Source: Acidobacteriota bacterium (GTDB taxonomy: Bacteria > Acidobacteriota > UBA6911 > RPQK01 > JADFOI01). From it: a stretch of 64,000 bases of DNA. The notes beneath the pieces are model-generated. The model searched no databases. It worked only from the letters and a program-made list of their open reading frames with translations, and was not told where the DNA came from. Position numbers and translations under genes: made by a program. Numbering within the stretch: position 1 is the first letter of the stretch; each line of letters begins with the position of its first letter. Shown here one piece after another: positions 9,698 through 20,843 of this stretch. The stretch spans positions 2,848,001-2,912,000 of the forward strand of contig OY760074.1 of the NCBI GenBank assembly GCA_963663035.1. Direction: 5' to 3'.

Positions 9698-11302
9698 CTA
9701 GAACCTCGAGGCCCGAAGCCAAGTATCTGACCGTGCCCAGCTGGCCGTGAGGTCGGCGTTAACCTCCGGTGACGACTTCCCCTGTGCTTCCAGGGCCGTC
9801 TTCAACCCAAAGAGCGACCAGCCATTGTGCGGGTGATCAGCGACCTCGGCGCGGTAGACGCGCTCTGCGTCCTGGTACCGCTCTGCCTCCAGCAGGGCGG
9901 CACCGAGCCAGTGACGGGCTGGGAAGGGTAGCCGTTCGGGTTCGTCGTAGCTCATTTCGTCTTCCAGCGATACGGCACGTTGGAAGGACGCGATAGCTGC
10001 ATCTATTGCTCCCGCATCACGATGAATTTCGCCCTCCAGTATGCCCCCCAAGGTACCCAGCAGGACTCGCGCCGACTCGCGTCGGAATATCGCCTCGCTG
10101 GAATCTGCAGTAGCCAGCACGCGATTCAAGAATACCCGCGCAAAGTCGACTTCGTCATTGCGAAGGTGAGCGTACCCTTGAGCAAAATCCCACATCCCTC
10201 CTAAGATCTCATTGTCGGGACGGTCCTCCATCGCCAGGATCTCGTCGAAGCGACCAAACCGCAAGAGAGTCAGGGCGTGGTAATGGGTGTTGCCCGTCAG
10301 CTTGGCATGGTCCTTCCCAGCCTGGATGGCAATGGCCCCTTGTCCATCCATCGAGGCCGCGAAGAGGAGCATGTGGAGATTGTGCTGTGCGTAGATGGCA
10401 AAACCCTCGCCGATGGCGGCCTTTTGATCCGTATGCCAGGCCGCAAGGTTGGCCCGAACGGAGTCACCCCAGCGGCCCACCTCGTTCCAGGTATGGGAGG
10501 GCATGTGGTTGATGTGGCTGGCTCCCGGAAAGGCGCTGCCCAGATACTCGGCACAGGCTTCGGCCTTGTCTGGTCGGATCGTCGATTCGGTGGCGTGGAT
10601 GTAAAGATGGCATGCCCCGAGATGCCGGATGTCGCGATCCAGGACCCCTTCCAGCACACGGTGGAGGCGCACGACGTTGGGATCGTTGAGATCGCGGGTG
10701 CCACGTCGTGGCTCCAGGAGAAAGAGCGCATCGGCATAGAAAGTGGCGGCCTCCAGATCGTCTGGATATCTTTCAGCCACCAGACGCATGGCCTCGACGT
10801 AGGCGGTGTCCTGCTCCTTGCGCTTGTCGGGATCAGGGTTCTCGACGTAGCGAACAGCCATCGCCTCGATGAACGCTTTCTCCGAGGGACTGGCATGATC
10901 CTCAGCCAATGCCAAGGCCTGCTGGATGGCGGTGTAGGCATGGTGTGCTTGATTGGGGGGCATGCCGCCGTTTAAGAATGGCCCCCAGGCCCAGGCCTCG
11001 CCCCAGTAGCAGATGGCGCAGGTCGGGTCGCGCATCCAGGCTTCGCGAAAGGAACGGACGGCGTCGATCTTCGCAAACGCATACTTCAACTGAAACCCCT
11101 GGTCGAAGTAAGCCTGAGCCTCCGCGTTGGACGAAGAAATAGGGCGGGTGAATGAGCCCAGCGCTACGCTGTGGAGGGGCATCGGCTCGCTGAAGCTAGC
11201 TGGGAGCGAAGGAGCCTCGCCTTCCTGGGCCGATGCCGTGGGCACGGCGATCATCAAGGCAAAGGCAGCCAGTACCAGGCCGAGAGCGCTTCTTCCAATC
11301 AT
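9698..11302 (-). CDS. Secreted TPR-repeat protein (conserved family with His-rich motifs)
   Basis: Signal peptide; AQAYFDQG, GACHLYIH, SHINHMPSH, PHNGWSLFGL. Confidence 0.75.
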   Translation of the reverse strand: MIGRSALGLVLAAFALMIAVPTASAQEGEAPSLPASFSEPMPLHSVALGSFTRPISSSNAEAQAYFDQGFQLKYAFAKIDAVRSFREAWMRDPTCAICYWGEAWAWGPFLNGGMPPNQAHHAYTAIQQALALAEDHASPSEKAFIEAMAVRYVENPDPDKRKEQDTAYVEAMRLVAERYPDDLEAATFYADALFLLEPRRGTRDLNDPNVVRLHRVLEGVLDRDIRHLGACHLYIHATESTIRPDKAEACAEYLGSAFPGASHINHMPSHTWNEVGRWGDSVRANLAAWHTDQKAAIGEGFAIYAQHNLHMLLFAASMDGQGAIAIQAGKDHAKLTGNTHYHALTLLRFGRFDEILAMEDRPDNEILGGMWDFAQGYAHLRNDEVDFARVFLNRVLATADSSEAIFRRESARVLLGTLGGILEGEIHRDAGAIDAAIASFQRAVSLEDEMSYDEPERLPFPARHWLGAALLEAERYQDAERVYRAEVADHPHNGWSLFGLKTALEAQGKSSPEVNADLTASWARSDTWLRASRF

Positions 11303-11363
11303 TGGACGTTCGGACCTCCCCTTCCGTCGAACTCCTCATCATAAAGGAGTTGGCTGTTTGAGG

Positions 11364-13442
11364 CTAGTTGGCCGGCTGAAGGTCGATCAGTCTGGCCCGG
11401 GCCAGATCCCGTATGAAGTGATGCACCGTAATGACGGAGACGGGTTCACTGGCCGCTGTCAGAACGTCTCGGATCTCCAGAACCGTACGTCTCCCATCGA
11501 TGAAGTTGACCAAAAGATAAGTATCCAGGGCCTGAGCCTCTGGAGTTTCATACCAACTCCGCTCGACTTCGGAGAGGCGTTCCTGAGGAAGGTCGAGTGC
11601 CAGCGGGCCCCGCGTCAGTCGTGAGGGGATCCAAGAGGCTGCCTCACGCTCCTCGAAGCTTCGCTCCTGGGAAAAGGAAAGGTTTCCACCCTGTTGCCGT
11701 ACCAGCGCCTGAAGCGTCCTGATGTTCAGCTGAGATTGATTGCTCAGAGCTTGATTCCACGTCTGGACAAGGCTTCGGGTGGGCCCATGGGGTGAGAATT
11801 GGAGAATGCTATTGAGCGCCTGCTGTTCTCTTTCCAGGCTGAAAGAAATGACCCGCTTCCCTTCGTTGTACATCTCTTCCAGACGATCCACAGGAGCCTC
11901 CAGCAGCCAGTCCGAGGCCCGCTGAGTATCAGAAGCCAATCGTGCTTGAGCCTTGGCAGCCACAAGATTGGTTAATCCCAGGCTCTGTTCTTGGGAAAGG
12001 CTGGCCAGATACCAGAAGGCGCCAGCGGCAATCAGTTCCGCCCGCTTCAATTCGACAGGATCGATCTTCTCGGCAGTGTCCTCACTGGTGTGCTGGGTGT
12101 AATCCGGCCAATGTCCCAACATGACGGCCGGAACCTGGATCGTTCCGTCGTTAAAGATAATATGGTCACTGCCTCCATCGAAGGGGGTAATGCGGTAGTT
12201 GAAGTTACTGTGAGTGTCTGTGTTGACTCTTCCGATGCTGTCCACGTACTCGGCCATACGGACCACCACATCAGTCAGAGCACTGGAGATGGACTGGGGA
12301 GTCCAGGTAATGTTCATTCGGCTGTGGAGCAATTCGAGATTGGTCCCCACCATGTCGAGGTTGAGGTTGGCCAGAACATCGCCACCCAATTCCGGACCTC
12401 GAATTTCTGTATGGGCATCTATGTAGGCCATCGTCCCAAAAAGACTGGGAACCCACAGGAATCGCAAAGTACGCTTGGGCGGCGGCAGTTTTCCCTCCCC
12501 AATTAAAGTCTGCAGGGTACGGGCGATATCCAGGATGGCTGCACTCCCGCTGGCGTTATCATTGGCTGACTCCTTGGGTTGATCCAAATGAGCTGTGTAA
12601 ACCAGTGCCTGCTCGGGGCTTTCGGTTCCGGGAATCTCTGCCACCACCACGTCCAGACTGCCAAAATGGATTCCGCGGCCCTCTACCTTGGCATCCAGCA
12701 CCACGCGCTGGCCGGCAGTCAGGAGATCTTTGAGCCTTTTCCCCTGGCGATTGGTCAGCTTGAATCCAAAGGTCAGGCGATCCAGCTCATCAGGGCGAGG
12801 TCTCCAAACCCGGGAGCGCAGCATGTCGGGATACTCTGCCGCAAGTTCGTCCTCCAGATAGTGCACCACGGCTGCGGCCCCATATTTGAGAACCGCCAAG
12901 CGGTGAACTTCACTATTCTCTCCGCTGGCCAATACCAGCTTTCCCCTCACCTCTGATGCCTGATAGGCCTCATCAGAAGTTCCTGCTCCCACATAGACCA
13001 ACTCGCCTCGCACCTGCCCAGGCTGCGAGTAGGTCATGACGCTCATGACACTCTCGGGGTAGCTGACGATTAACTCTTGGTCAGGTTCTATCATCCGCAG
13101 TTCAGCGGACTCAATGCTCCAAGCGGGAGGCGACCGCCAGGTTTGATAAGTAATTCTGCCTTCAGCTGGAAAGCTTTCGATCCATGCTCTGAGACCGAAA
13201 CCCTGAAGCTGTTGGAGAATATAGCGGGCAGCATCAGAGTAGCCCGGCGAGCCCTGAATGCGGTGATAGCCAGCAATGGCGGCCACCTGATCCTTGGCCA
13301 GCTGGCCAGAAAGCTCCTGCTGGAACAGGGTCAGAGTTTCTTGATCCAGCAAAAAGTTCTCGGCTGCTGGAGCAGCCAAAATGGCCTGGGAGGTCAGCCC
13401 GGTCAGTAATAGCCGGAGAAAAGTGCGAAAGGTTACGGCCAT
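11364..13442 (-). CDS. M28-family aminopeptidase with PA domain (DUF4910-like)
   Basis: AHLD, ANDNASG, NLDMVG, GSDH Zn-ligand motifs; signal peptide. Confidence 0.8.
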   Translation of the reverse strand: MAVTFRTFLRLLLTGLTSQAILAAPAAENFLLDQETLTLFQQELSGQLAKDQVAAIAGYHRIQGSPGYSDAARYILQQLQGFGLRAWIESFPAEGRITYQTWRSPPAWSIESAELRMIEPDQELIVSYPESVMSVMTYSQPGQVRGELVYVGAGTSDEAYQASEVRGKLVLASGENSEVHRLAVLKYGAAAVVHYLEDELAAEYPDMLRSRVWRPRPDELDRLTFGFKLTNRQGKRLKDLLTAGQRVVLDAKVEGRGIHFGSLDVVVAEIPGTESPEQALVYTAHLDQPKESANDNASGSAAILDIARTLQTLIGEGKLPPPKRTLRFLWVPSLFGTMAYIDAHTEIRGPELGGDVLANLNLDMVGTNLELLHSRMNITWTPQSISSALTDVVVRMAEYVDSIGRVNTDTHSNFNYRITPFDGGSDHIIFNDGTIQVPAVMLGHWPDYTQHTSEDTAEKIDPVELKRAELIAAGAFWYLASLSQEQSLGLTNLVAAKAQARLASDTQRASDWLLEAPVDRLEEMYNEGKRVISFSLEREQQALNSILQFSPHGPTRSLVQTWNQALSNQSQLNIRTLQALVRQQGGNLSFSQERSFEEREAASWIPSRLTRGPLALDLPQERLSEVERSWYETPEAQALDTYLLVNFIDGRRTVLEIRDVLTAASEPVSVITVHHFIRDLARARLIDLQPAN

Positions 13443-13489
13443 CTCTATCTCCGGTCAAGCATAGCATGAAAGGGAAAGGATGTGGACGA

Positions 13490-14701
13490 CTATGTTAGCT
13501 GGAAATCCAGGACGATGGGGTCGTGGTCGGAGAGAAAATCCTCTTCTCCGTGGACGTCAGCCAAAACTCGGGGAGGGTGGTTCGGATCGGGAGAGATGCC
13601 CTTGCCGGCAAACCAGTCCAGTTTGATGGAACAGCGGCCATCGCTTCCCTGCAGAGCCCAGGTGATGAACCAAAAGCACCAGGCGGGTATCCAATCGCCC
13701 ATTCTCTGATTCGCTGCCAGATCCTGGATATCGTAATGAAGGGTACAAACCCCCGGCTCATTCAGATTCTGGTATTGATAACTCTGACGCTGCAGCTCGC
13801 GGAAAAGATGTCGCTCGAACCAGCGATCTGGATAGGGATTGTGGTGTTCAATCACATGACGCACTCCCATGAGCACTCGCCTGCAATAACCGAGAATCGA
13901 ATAGAGGGCTCGACGGGAATTGTAAGTCGAGGTGTTCCAGTCTCCCCCGATCACGACCGGTAGCACAGGACTCAGCTTCTGCAAATGATCCAGAACGACT
14001 TTCATCTGACGATAGCGGTGTTTTTGAGTGGAATGGGCATCCAGGTGCAGGCTCACCGCTCTCACCGGGCCCAAGGGGTGGTCTATGATCGCCACCACTG
14101 CCTGCTGATATCCGAGACGCTTTTCCTTGCCCCACATCAGATCCTTGCCGTTTGGCAGCGCAATCGCATGGGCTTCACGAAGGGGATGTCGGGAAAAGAG
14201 AGCGTTTCCGTGAATAGCCTGAGCATTCTCTCCCGGAACCTCACTTTCCAAGCCACTTCCTTTATTGAGAGCAATATAACAGGGCGTGAAGGCGTAGTTG
14301 AGTTTCAGTGCCCGAGCAATTTCCTGAGCAACCATACGGTTGCTGCTTCGTACCATCCCCAGGTCCAGTTCGGTGAGAAAGAGGATGTCGCTTTCTCGAA
14401 GAAGCGGATGATCTCTGAGAACACTGATGAGGCGGTCCAGGTGAGTTCCCCTCTCGATATTCCAGGCGGCAGCCCGAATCGAGGACCTGGAGGCTGAGGT
14501 TGGTGAGGCGAGATCCTCCCGGATCACGGTCTTGAGCACTCTTTCGATTTCAGATTGCAGCCGGGCATACAGGGGCGAGGCTTGCAAAGCCGCAGTGGAG
14601 TCAAAGCCGCTCAGCTCGGAAAAGAAGGGCCCAAGGCTATGAGCTAGCCCACCGGAAAGACTGGTTTCTGCCTGCATGACATCACCCACGGTTCCCCACA
14701 A
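13490..14701 (-). CDS. Endonuclease/exonuclease/phosphatase (EEP) family protein
   Basis: WNIERG, LTELDLG, HGNALFSR, GGDWN, LDW, SDHDP; start may be ATG 14677. Confidence 0.85.
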   Translation of the reverse strand: MWGTVGDVMQAETSLSGGLAHSLGPFFSELSGFDSTAALQASPLYARLQSEIERVLKTVIREDLASPTSASRSSIRAAAWNIERGTHLDRLISVLRDHPLLRESDILFLTELDLGMVRSSNRMVAQEIARALKLNYAFTPCYIALNKGSGLESEVPGENAQAIHGNALFSRHPLREAHAIALPNGKDLMWGKEKRLGYQQAVVAIIDHPLGPVRAVSLHLDAHSTQKHRYRQMKVVLDHLQKLSPVLPVVIGGDWNTSTYNSRRALYSILGYCRRVLMGVRHVIEHHNPYPDRWFERHLFRELQRQSYQYQNLNEPGVCTLHYDIQDLAANQRMGDWIPAWCFWFITWALQGSDGRCSIKLDWFAGKGISPDPNHPPRVLADVHGEEDFLSDHDPIVLDFQLT

Positions 14702-14720
14702 GAGCGCGCCATTGTAGCAA

Positions 14721-14767
14721 GTTCCAGGTTCCAGGTCTTGTCAGCGGTCAGCGGTCAGCTGTCAGGT
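14721..14767. repeat. Intergenic heptamer tandem repeats (GTTCCAG x2, GTCAGCG-like x4)
   Basis: gttccag gttccag gtctt gtcagcg gtcagcg gtcagct gtcaggt read directly. Confidence 0.75.
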
Positions 14768-14769
14768 GT

Positions 14770-15186
14770 TCACAATCGAATCACTAAGAGGACGAAAATC
14801 ACCAGGTTGATTCCGTGAGAGGTAAAGCACAGCTTGCAGGGCACACGGGTGAGAAACAGCAGTGAGTAGGTCAGGTACACTCCCAGCAAAACCGTCAGGA
14901 AACTTCCCAACAGGAAGAAATAGACAAAGGGTCTGGTAAACAGAAAGTCTCCCAGTACCGCCGCAATTAAGACAGCGTAGAAGACCTGCCCCAGGACCGA
15001 ATTCGGAATTCCAAAAACCCGGGCCCGCGGTGTGAACACAATGCTGGCACAGGTGCGTTCACCCATTCGGCAAAAAGATGGAAGCCAGGTGGCATCCGGT
15101 TGGACCCAATGATAGGAGACGGCAGTGAAGTAAGTTGAAATCAAAAAACTCAAAGCCGCCAAGAGACAGAGCAGAGTAGAAAGCAT
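14770..15186 (-). CDS. Vitamin K epoxide reductase (VKOR) family membrane protein
   Basis: C-x6-C..VFTP, FGIPNS, CKLC redox motif, 4 TM segments. Confidence 0.85.
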   Translation of the reverse strand: MLSTLLCLLAALSFLISTYFTAVSYHWVQPDATWLPSFCRMGERTCASIVFTPRARVFGIPNSVLGQVFYAVLIAAVLGDFLFTRPFVYFFLLGSFLTVLLGVYLTYSLLFLTRVPCKLCFTSHGINLVIFVLLVIRL

Positions 15187-15192
15187 GGGCCT

Positions 15193-15699
15193 TTACTGCC
15201 CTTCAGGAGCAGAGCCCCGGACAGGTGGTGTCGAAGGGGAGTCCTCTTCCTCCTCCTCTTCAGGTCCTCTCTTGGCTTCCTCCAGCTCCTCTGAGAGTAA
15301 AGGGCCGGATTCCGGGCGCTGCCCCGGTTGGAACAGGCCCGGCTGAGAAGTACCAACCGGGCTTCTTGAAGGCTGTTGTGGGCGCCTGGCTGAAGGGGTT
15401 GGCAAAGGCGGCGGAGCAGTCGGCGCTGTAGCTGGGAGTCTAGTGGGTGTCTCCTGGACCTCCCTTTGCCCAGAGCGCGAAGTCGGGCCGGCTCCAGGAG
15501 TACCCGCTGGCCGGGTCACAGACCTCGCCGGTGGAGCGGGAGTTGGGGAAATGGCCGGGGATTCGACCTCAGAGGGCAGCCGGGTCGGGGTCTCGATGGG
15601 TTCAGTCTGGGTGGGCCCAGTGTCCCAAAGGGTGGCACGAAGGGTCAGCACGATGACCAGCACTCCTATCACCACCAGAATAATATTGAGATATTTCAC
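15193..15699 (-). CDS. Membrane-anchored Pro/Thr/Ser-rich (mucin-like) hypothetical protein
   Basis: One N-terminal TM helix followed by a low-complexity P/T/S tract and acidic tail; overlaps the upstream stop. Confidence 0.65.
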   Translation of the reverse strand: MKYLNIILVVIGVLVIVLTLRATLWDTGPTQTEPIETPTRLPSEVESPAISPTPAPPARSVTRPAGTPGAGPTSRSGQREVQETPTRLPATAPTAPPPLPTPSARRPQQPSRSPVGTSQPGLFQPGQRPESGPLLSEELEEAKRGPEEEEEEDSPSTPPVRGSAPEGQ

Positions 15700-17081
15700 A
15701 GTTCTTTCTCTCTCTGTCTGCTCAAGCGCCGCTGGACCCTTTCCAGACCTCCTCTAGCATACTCGTTCTCAGGTTTGAGCCGCAGAGCTTGCTGGAAGAG
15801 AGTGCGGGCCCTCTTCAGGTTGTCTTGAACCTCGGCACAATAAGCGAGAGCCGCCCAGCTCAGGTGATCCTCTGGATGCAAATCGCGCGCGCGCTGGAAC
15901 TCGACCTCCGACTGCCTGTTTTTGCCCTGAACAGCAAGTGCCACCCCCAGGTTGTAATGGGCACGAGCCTTAGCGGGACTTTTCAGCACGGTATCCTGCC
16001 ACAGCGCGAAATCGTCCTTCCAGGTCTCGTTACGAGCCATGGTGAGCGGCATGAACAAGAGCAGCGACAAGGCTACCGCTGCCAGTTTCAAAGTAACAGG
16101 TCTTCTGGCAAGAAAGTGACAGAGGACCCAACTGGCAGTCAGGGTAAAGCCAGCCAGAGAGAGATAGGCACGACTTTCATTCAAGGCATCGGAATTGGGC
16201 ACCAAAAGCGTCGGAAGCAGCATCGCCATCATCCAAAAGATCCCCAGGGTTGGGATCGGATAGCTCTTTCGAAAGCGGAGGGCCAGCATCAGCAGCGACA
16301 AGAAAAAAAGGCTCGCCAGGAGCAAACTCCAAGGGTCTGGCGAAACCAGGTCATGATCCAGATTCAGGCCTGTAGGCCAAATCATGAGCAGGGAAAATTT
16401 CAAAAAGGCTATGGGTTGGAAAATCCAGTAGACCCAAGGGTCTGGATGAGTCCAGGCTATCTCCCTGGGAGCATACTTGAGCAACGAATAAGCGAATGCT
16501 GCCGTGTTGAGCAAGGTCACGCTAAGGGGGCCCTTCCAGCGTGATCGATTCAAGAAGATCAAGGGAAGAAGCAGAATCACCGCCTCAGTTCGGCTCCATA
16601 TGGCCAACTGCAGGCAGATCAGTCCTGCCCACGGATGTCTTCTGGCCAGAAGGAGAGCTGCTAATCCAAATACGGCCATCAGTAAAACCGAGCGCGACCA
16701 GATATAGTTGACAGCTTGAGTGTTCAACGGATGAATGGCAAACAGCAGGGCACTCCCGAAAGCCAGAGCTCGTTGCCCGAAGAGCTGCCAGATCAAGAGG
16801 AAAATCTCCACCACAACCAGTAGGTGACACAAGACGCTCACCAAATGGTAACTGGAGGGATTCTGTCCAAACCATTGGTTATTCCAGTAAAAAGTCCACA
16901 AGGTGAGAGGTCGTCCCCCATATTGCTCCAGAAAAGAGCTGTAGGAGAAGGCGGAACCGTTGATGCGAGGATTTTCCAGCAACTGCGGAAAGTCATCGAA
17001 ATGGAAGGCACCCGGAAAAGAGTTGATATAAACGAGACCGGTCGCCAGAACCAGGATCACACAAGGCCAGAAAAGGCGCAT
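15696..17081 (-). CDS. TMTC-like GT-C glycosyltransferase with C-terminal TPRs
   Basis: FHFDD, RPLTL, FAIHPLNTQAVNYIWSR, WPTGLNLDH, ESRAYL, RNETWKDD..LW, TPRs. Confidence 0.8.
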   Translation of the reverse strand: MRLFWPCVILVLATGLVYINSFPGAFHFDDFPQLLENPRINGSAFSYSSFLEQYGGRPLTLWTFYWNNQWFGQNPSSYHLVSVLCHLLVVVEIFLLIWQLFGQRALAFGSALLFAIHPLNTQAVNYIWSRSVLLMAVFGLAALLLARRHPWAGLICLQLAIWSRTEAVILLLPLIFLNRSRWKGPLSVTLLNTAAFAYSLLKYAPREIAWTHPDPWVYWIFQPIAFLKFSLLMIWPTGLNLDHDLVSPDPWSLLLASLFFLSLLMLALRFRKSYPIPTLGIFWMMAMLLPTLLVPNSDALNESRAYLSLAGFTLTASWVLCHFLARRPVTLKLAAVALSLLLFMPLTMARNETWKDDFALWQDTVLKSPAKARAHYNLGVALAVQGKNRQSEVEFQRARDLHPEDHLSWAALAYCAEVQDNLKRARTLFQQALRLKPENEYARGGLERVQRRLSRQREKEL

Positions 17082-17111
17082 GTCACTAGTATGCCGCCGT
17101 CAGAGAAAAGT

Positions 17112-17954
17112 TCAAGGCTGGGAAGGAGAGCCGCTTTTCTTGTTTCTCTGCAATCGGTTGAGGAAGCGGGCCGTCACCTGGTTGATGAGAAACGGAGAAA
17201 CCCGGTTCATGAGACAGAGAAGCCGACCGGAGAGGGTCAGATGCACCTCGCGCCGATCGAGCTCCACCGCATTCACGATGGCTCGGGCCACGCCTTCAGA
17301 GCTTTGACCATTTCCCGGGCGGTCCATGGACTGCAGGCTTTTCGTCTTTTGAGCGGCTTCTTGAAACTCGGTCTGGGTGTAACCTGGGCAGATCACGCTC
17401 ACTCCAACACCGCTACCCCGAAGTTCTCCCCACAGCGCCTCTCCGATCGCCACCTGGGCGAATTTGGTGGCGCAATAGCTGGAGGCATAGGGAAAAGCCT
17501 TCTTCCCTATAACACTGCTCACTAAAACGATGTGTCCTCCCTTTTGTTTGAGCAGGTGTGGTAGAGCGGCATGAATCGATTCATAGCCGGACTGAAAGTT
17601 GACCTGCCAAATCCGCGCCATGTCCTGTGGAGGAACCTCCTCGAGCGGCCCGTATATCCCGTATCCCGCGTTACAAATGAGAATGTCCAGACCTCCGAGT
17701 TCTTCAAGGCACTCCTGAATGATGGCCCCTCCCTGGCCCGGCACGCTGAGATCGTGCGGCTGAAAGACCACTCGAGAGACACCCTTTTGGCGGCAGGCTT
17801 CAGCGACCTTGGCCAGGCGCTTTTCGCGGCGCGCCACCAGGAAGAGTTCACAGGTTGGTTTGGAATAAGCGTAGGCAGTAGCCTCTCCGATGCCCGAAGA
17901 AGCTCCTGTGACCAGGATCCTAAGCACAATAGCACTCGATGACGCCTGCCGCAC
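17112..17954 (-). CDS. Short-chain dehydrogenase/reductase
   Basis: TGASSGIG, NAG, YCATK. Confidence 0.9.
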   Translation of the reverse strand: MRQASSSAIVLRILVTGASSGIGEATAYAYSKPTCELFLVARREKRLAKVAEACRQKGVSRVVFQPHDLSVPGQGGAIIQECLEELGGLDILICNAGYGIYGPLEEVPPQDMARIWQVNFQSGYESIHAALPHLLKQKGGHIVLVSSVIGKKAFPYASSYCATKFAQVAIGEALWGELRGSGVGVSVICPGYTQTEFQEAAQKTKSLQSMDRPGNGQSSEGVARAIVNAVELDRREVHLTLSGRLLCLMNRVSPFLINQVTARFLNRLQRNKKSGSPSQP

Positions 17955-19104
17955 CCATACCCCCGCCGATACACATCGTGACCAATCCGTAGCGCACTGC
18001 CCGGCGTTTCATCTCGAAGAGGATCGTGGTGGTCAGCTTGGCACCGGTACACCCCAGGGGATGTCCCAGAGCAATAGCGCCTCCGTTGACATTGACAATC
18101 TCAGGGTCCAGCCCGGCTTCCTGAATGACGCTCAAGACTTGAACCGCAAAGGCCTCATTCAGTTCAATCAGACCGATATCCTTCATCTCCAGTTCAGCCA
18201 GGCGGAGAGCCTTGGGGATGGCCTGCACTGGACCGATTCCCATCAGTTCGGGGGCGACCCCCACGGTGACATAGGACACCAGCCTCCCCAAAGGCTGCAG
18301 GGCGAGTTCCTGCGCCTTATCCAGCGACATCACCACCACTCCTGCAGCTCCGTCGCTTCGCTGGCTGCTGTTTCCCGCGGTGACAGTCCCGCCCACTTTG
18401 AAAACCGGTTTGAGTTGGGCCAGGGCTTCCAGGGAAGTATCCGCTCGTGGTCCCTCGTCCACTTTAAACTCCACTACCTGTGATTGTTTGTGACCCTCCT
18501 TGAGTTCTTCCAGATTCACCTGGAGAGGAATGAGTTCCTCTTCGAAGCGTCCTGCCGCCTGGGCGTCAAGGGCCTTTTGATGACTCCCGAAGGAGAACTC
18601 GTCCTGCTTTTCACGAGGAACCTGGTACTGGTCAGCCAGATTTTCCGCGGTGAGTCCCATCGAGAGATAGACATCGGGGTCCTCTTCCACCAGGGTTGGA
18701 TTCGGGGAAAAGTTGTGCCCCTCCATGGGAATCAGACTCATGCTTTCCGTCCCGCCCGCGATCACCACCTGGTACATCCCGGCATTGATATTGTTGGTCG
18801 CTAAGGCAATGGCTTGAAGACCGGAAGCACAGAACCGGTTGATGGTCATGGCACTGACGTGATCGGGAAGTCCGGCACGAAGCGAAGCGATCCGGGACAC
18901 GTTCATCCCCTGTTCGGCTTCCGGCATGGCGCATCCCAGAATCACATCCTCGACATCATCCTCAGCCAGGGGCTTGGCTCGTTCCAGGATTCCCCTGATC
19001 ACCTGAGCAGCCACATCGTCAGGGCGGGTATGCCGAAGAGTTCCCTTTGAGGCCTTGCCGACGGGACTCCGTCCCGCCGCCACAATCACCGCTTCTTGCA
19101 TCAT
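17920..19104 (-). CDS. fadA: Acetyl-CoA C-acyltransferase (thiolase)
   Basis: [31 protein letters not shown]. Confidence 0.9.
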   Translation of the reverse strand: MMQEAVIVAAGRSPVGKASKGTLRHTRPDDVAAQVIRGILERAKPLAEDDVEDVILGCAMPEAEQGMNVSRIASLRAGLPDHVSAMTINRFCASGLQAIALATNNINAGMYQVVIAGGTESMSLIPMEGHNFSPNPTLVEEDPDVYLSMGLTAENLADQYQVPREKQDEFSFGSHQKALDAQAAGRFEEELIPLQVNLEELKEGHKQSQVVEFKVDEGPRADTSLEALAQLKPVFKVGGTVTAGNSSQRSDGAAGVVVMSLDKAQELALQPLGRLVSYVTVGVAPELMGIGPVQAIPKALRLAELEMKDIGLIELNEAFAVQVLSVIQEAGLDPEIVNVNGGAIALGHPLGCTGAKLTTTILFEMKRRAVRYGLVTMCIGGGMGAAGVIECYCA

Positions 19105-19122
19105 AGTGCAGAGGGCTAACCC

Positions 19123-20697
19123 TCACGCTCGGGGGCCGGCGCTGAGAATCTCAGGAGCAACCTCTGAAAAACCCTCGGCATTCTCAGCGAAGCGCCTGGC
19201 CAATTCGTTGGCGTTACTGTCGTAAGCGTCCTTGTCCTTCCATGTGTTCCTGGGATCCAGGATTTCCGAAGGGATCTCCGGACAAGATTTGGGGACCTCC
19301 ACCTGAAAAACGGGATGGGGTTGAAAGTCGGCTTTTTCCAGGTCACCACTGAGCGCGGCAGTCACCATGGAGCGGGTGTAATTGAGTTGCATGCGGTGTC
19401 CTTCGCCGTAAGGACCCCCGGTCCAGCCTGTGTTCACCAGATAGACGTTGGCCTGATGCCTTTCAACCCGCTGGCCCAGCAGCTCAGCATAACGGCCTGG
19501 CGGCAGTGGAAGAAAAGGAGCCCCGAAACAGGGTGAAAAAGTGGTTTGAGGCTCGGTAATCCCTTTCTCTGTGCCCGCCACTTTGGAAGTGTACCCAGAA
19601 ATGAAGTGGTACATAGCCTGCTCTCTGGTGAGCCTGGAAATCGGAGGCAGGACACCGAACGCATCAGCAGTCAAGAAGATCACTGTCTGTGGATGCCCTC
19701 CAACTCCCGGAATGACAGCGCCTGGAATGAACTCAACCGGGTAGGCCACTCGTGTATTCTCTGTGATCTCAGAGCTGTCAAAGTCCACCTTATTCGTGTC
19801 CCCTTGAAAAGTGACATTTTCAATCACCGAGCCGTAGCGAATCGCTTCCCAGATCTGAGGTTCCAACTCTGGGGAGAGCTTGATGCATTTGGCGTAGCAG
19901 CCCCCCTCAAAATTAAAGACTCCGGAGTCCGACCAACCGTGCTCATCATCTCCGATCAAGCGACGCTTGGGGTCAGCCGACAGGGTCGTCTTGCCGGTTC
20001 CGGAGAGACCGAAAAATAAGGCCACGTCTCCCTCCTCGCCGACATTGGCCGAGCAGTGCATGGGAAGGACATCCCGGAACGGCATCAAGTAATTCATCAC
20101 CGTGAAAATCGACTTCTTGATCTCACCCGCATAGTGGCTTCCCCCGATCAGGATTAGCTTGCGGGCCAAATTCAGCAGGATAAAAACATCCGAGTTGGTG
20201 CCATCCTCCTGTGGGTTGGCTTGGAGGTTGGGCACGGAAAGAACCGTAAACTCAGGACGATGATCCTTCAGTTCCTCCTCCGTGGGGCGAATAAACAAAA
20301 GGTGTGCGAAGAGATTGTGCCAGGGCACCTCGTTCACGACCCGGATAGGCAGTCGATATTCGGGATCTGCTCCAGCGAAGCCGTCAAAAACATACAGGGC
20401 CCGGTTTTGCAGATGGGCCACCGCTTTTTGATGCAGACGTTCGAAATCTTCCGGCTTAAAGGGGCGATTAATTTCTCCCCACCAGATCTGATCTGAATTG
20501 TCAGGCTCATCCACGATGAATTTGTCATTGGGTGATCTTCCCGTGTTCTTGCCGGTGGTCACCCGCAGAGCGCCCGAATCGGCTAAAACTCCTTCACCGC
20601 TTTTGACGCTGAGGTCAATCAAATCAGAAGGGCTGAGATTTCGATGCACCTCTCCCGCGTTTTCAATACCAATTGCTGATAAGCTCTTATCCTCCAT
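19123..20697 (-). CDS. pckA: Phosphoenolpyruvate carboxykinase (ATP)
   Basis: [47 protein letters not shown]. Confidence 0.97.
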   Translation of the reverse strand: MEDKSLSAIGIENAGEVHRNLSPSDLIDLSVKSGEGVLADSGALRVTTGKNTGRSPNDKFIVDEPDNSDQIWWGEINRPFKPEDFERLHQKAVAHLQNRALYVFDGFAGADPEYRLPIRVVNEVPWHNLFAHLLFIRPTEEELKDHRPEFTVLSVPNLQANPQEDGTNSDVFILLNLARKLILIGGSHYAGEIKKSIFTVMNYLMPFRDVLPMHCSANVGEEGDVALFFGLSGTGKTTLSADPKRRLIGDDEHGWSDSGVFNFEGGCYAKCIKLSPELEPQIWEAIRYGSVIENVTFQGDTNKVDFDSSEITENTRVAYPVEFIPGAVIPGVGGHPQTVIFLTADAFGVLPPISRLTREQAMYHFISGYTSKVAGTEKGITEPQTTFSPCFGAPFLPLPPGRYAELLGQRVERHQANVYLVNTGWTGGPYGEGHRMQLNYTRSMVTAALSGDLEKADFQPHPVFQVEVPKSCPEIPSEILDPRNTWKDKDAYDSNANELARRFAENAEGFSEVAPEILSAGPRA

Positions 20698-20843
20698 ACT
20701 TCCCTCACACCCTCACTTTCCCTTAGCCGGGATTAGTCACCTCGTCTTTGGCCCCTAATGTAACAAAAAAGGAGAGGGAATGATCCAACGAAATCTCTGT
20801 CTGATCGGTGTCGGTTGGTGTTGAATCTGAAGAATCAGTGGAA

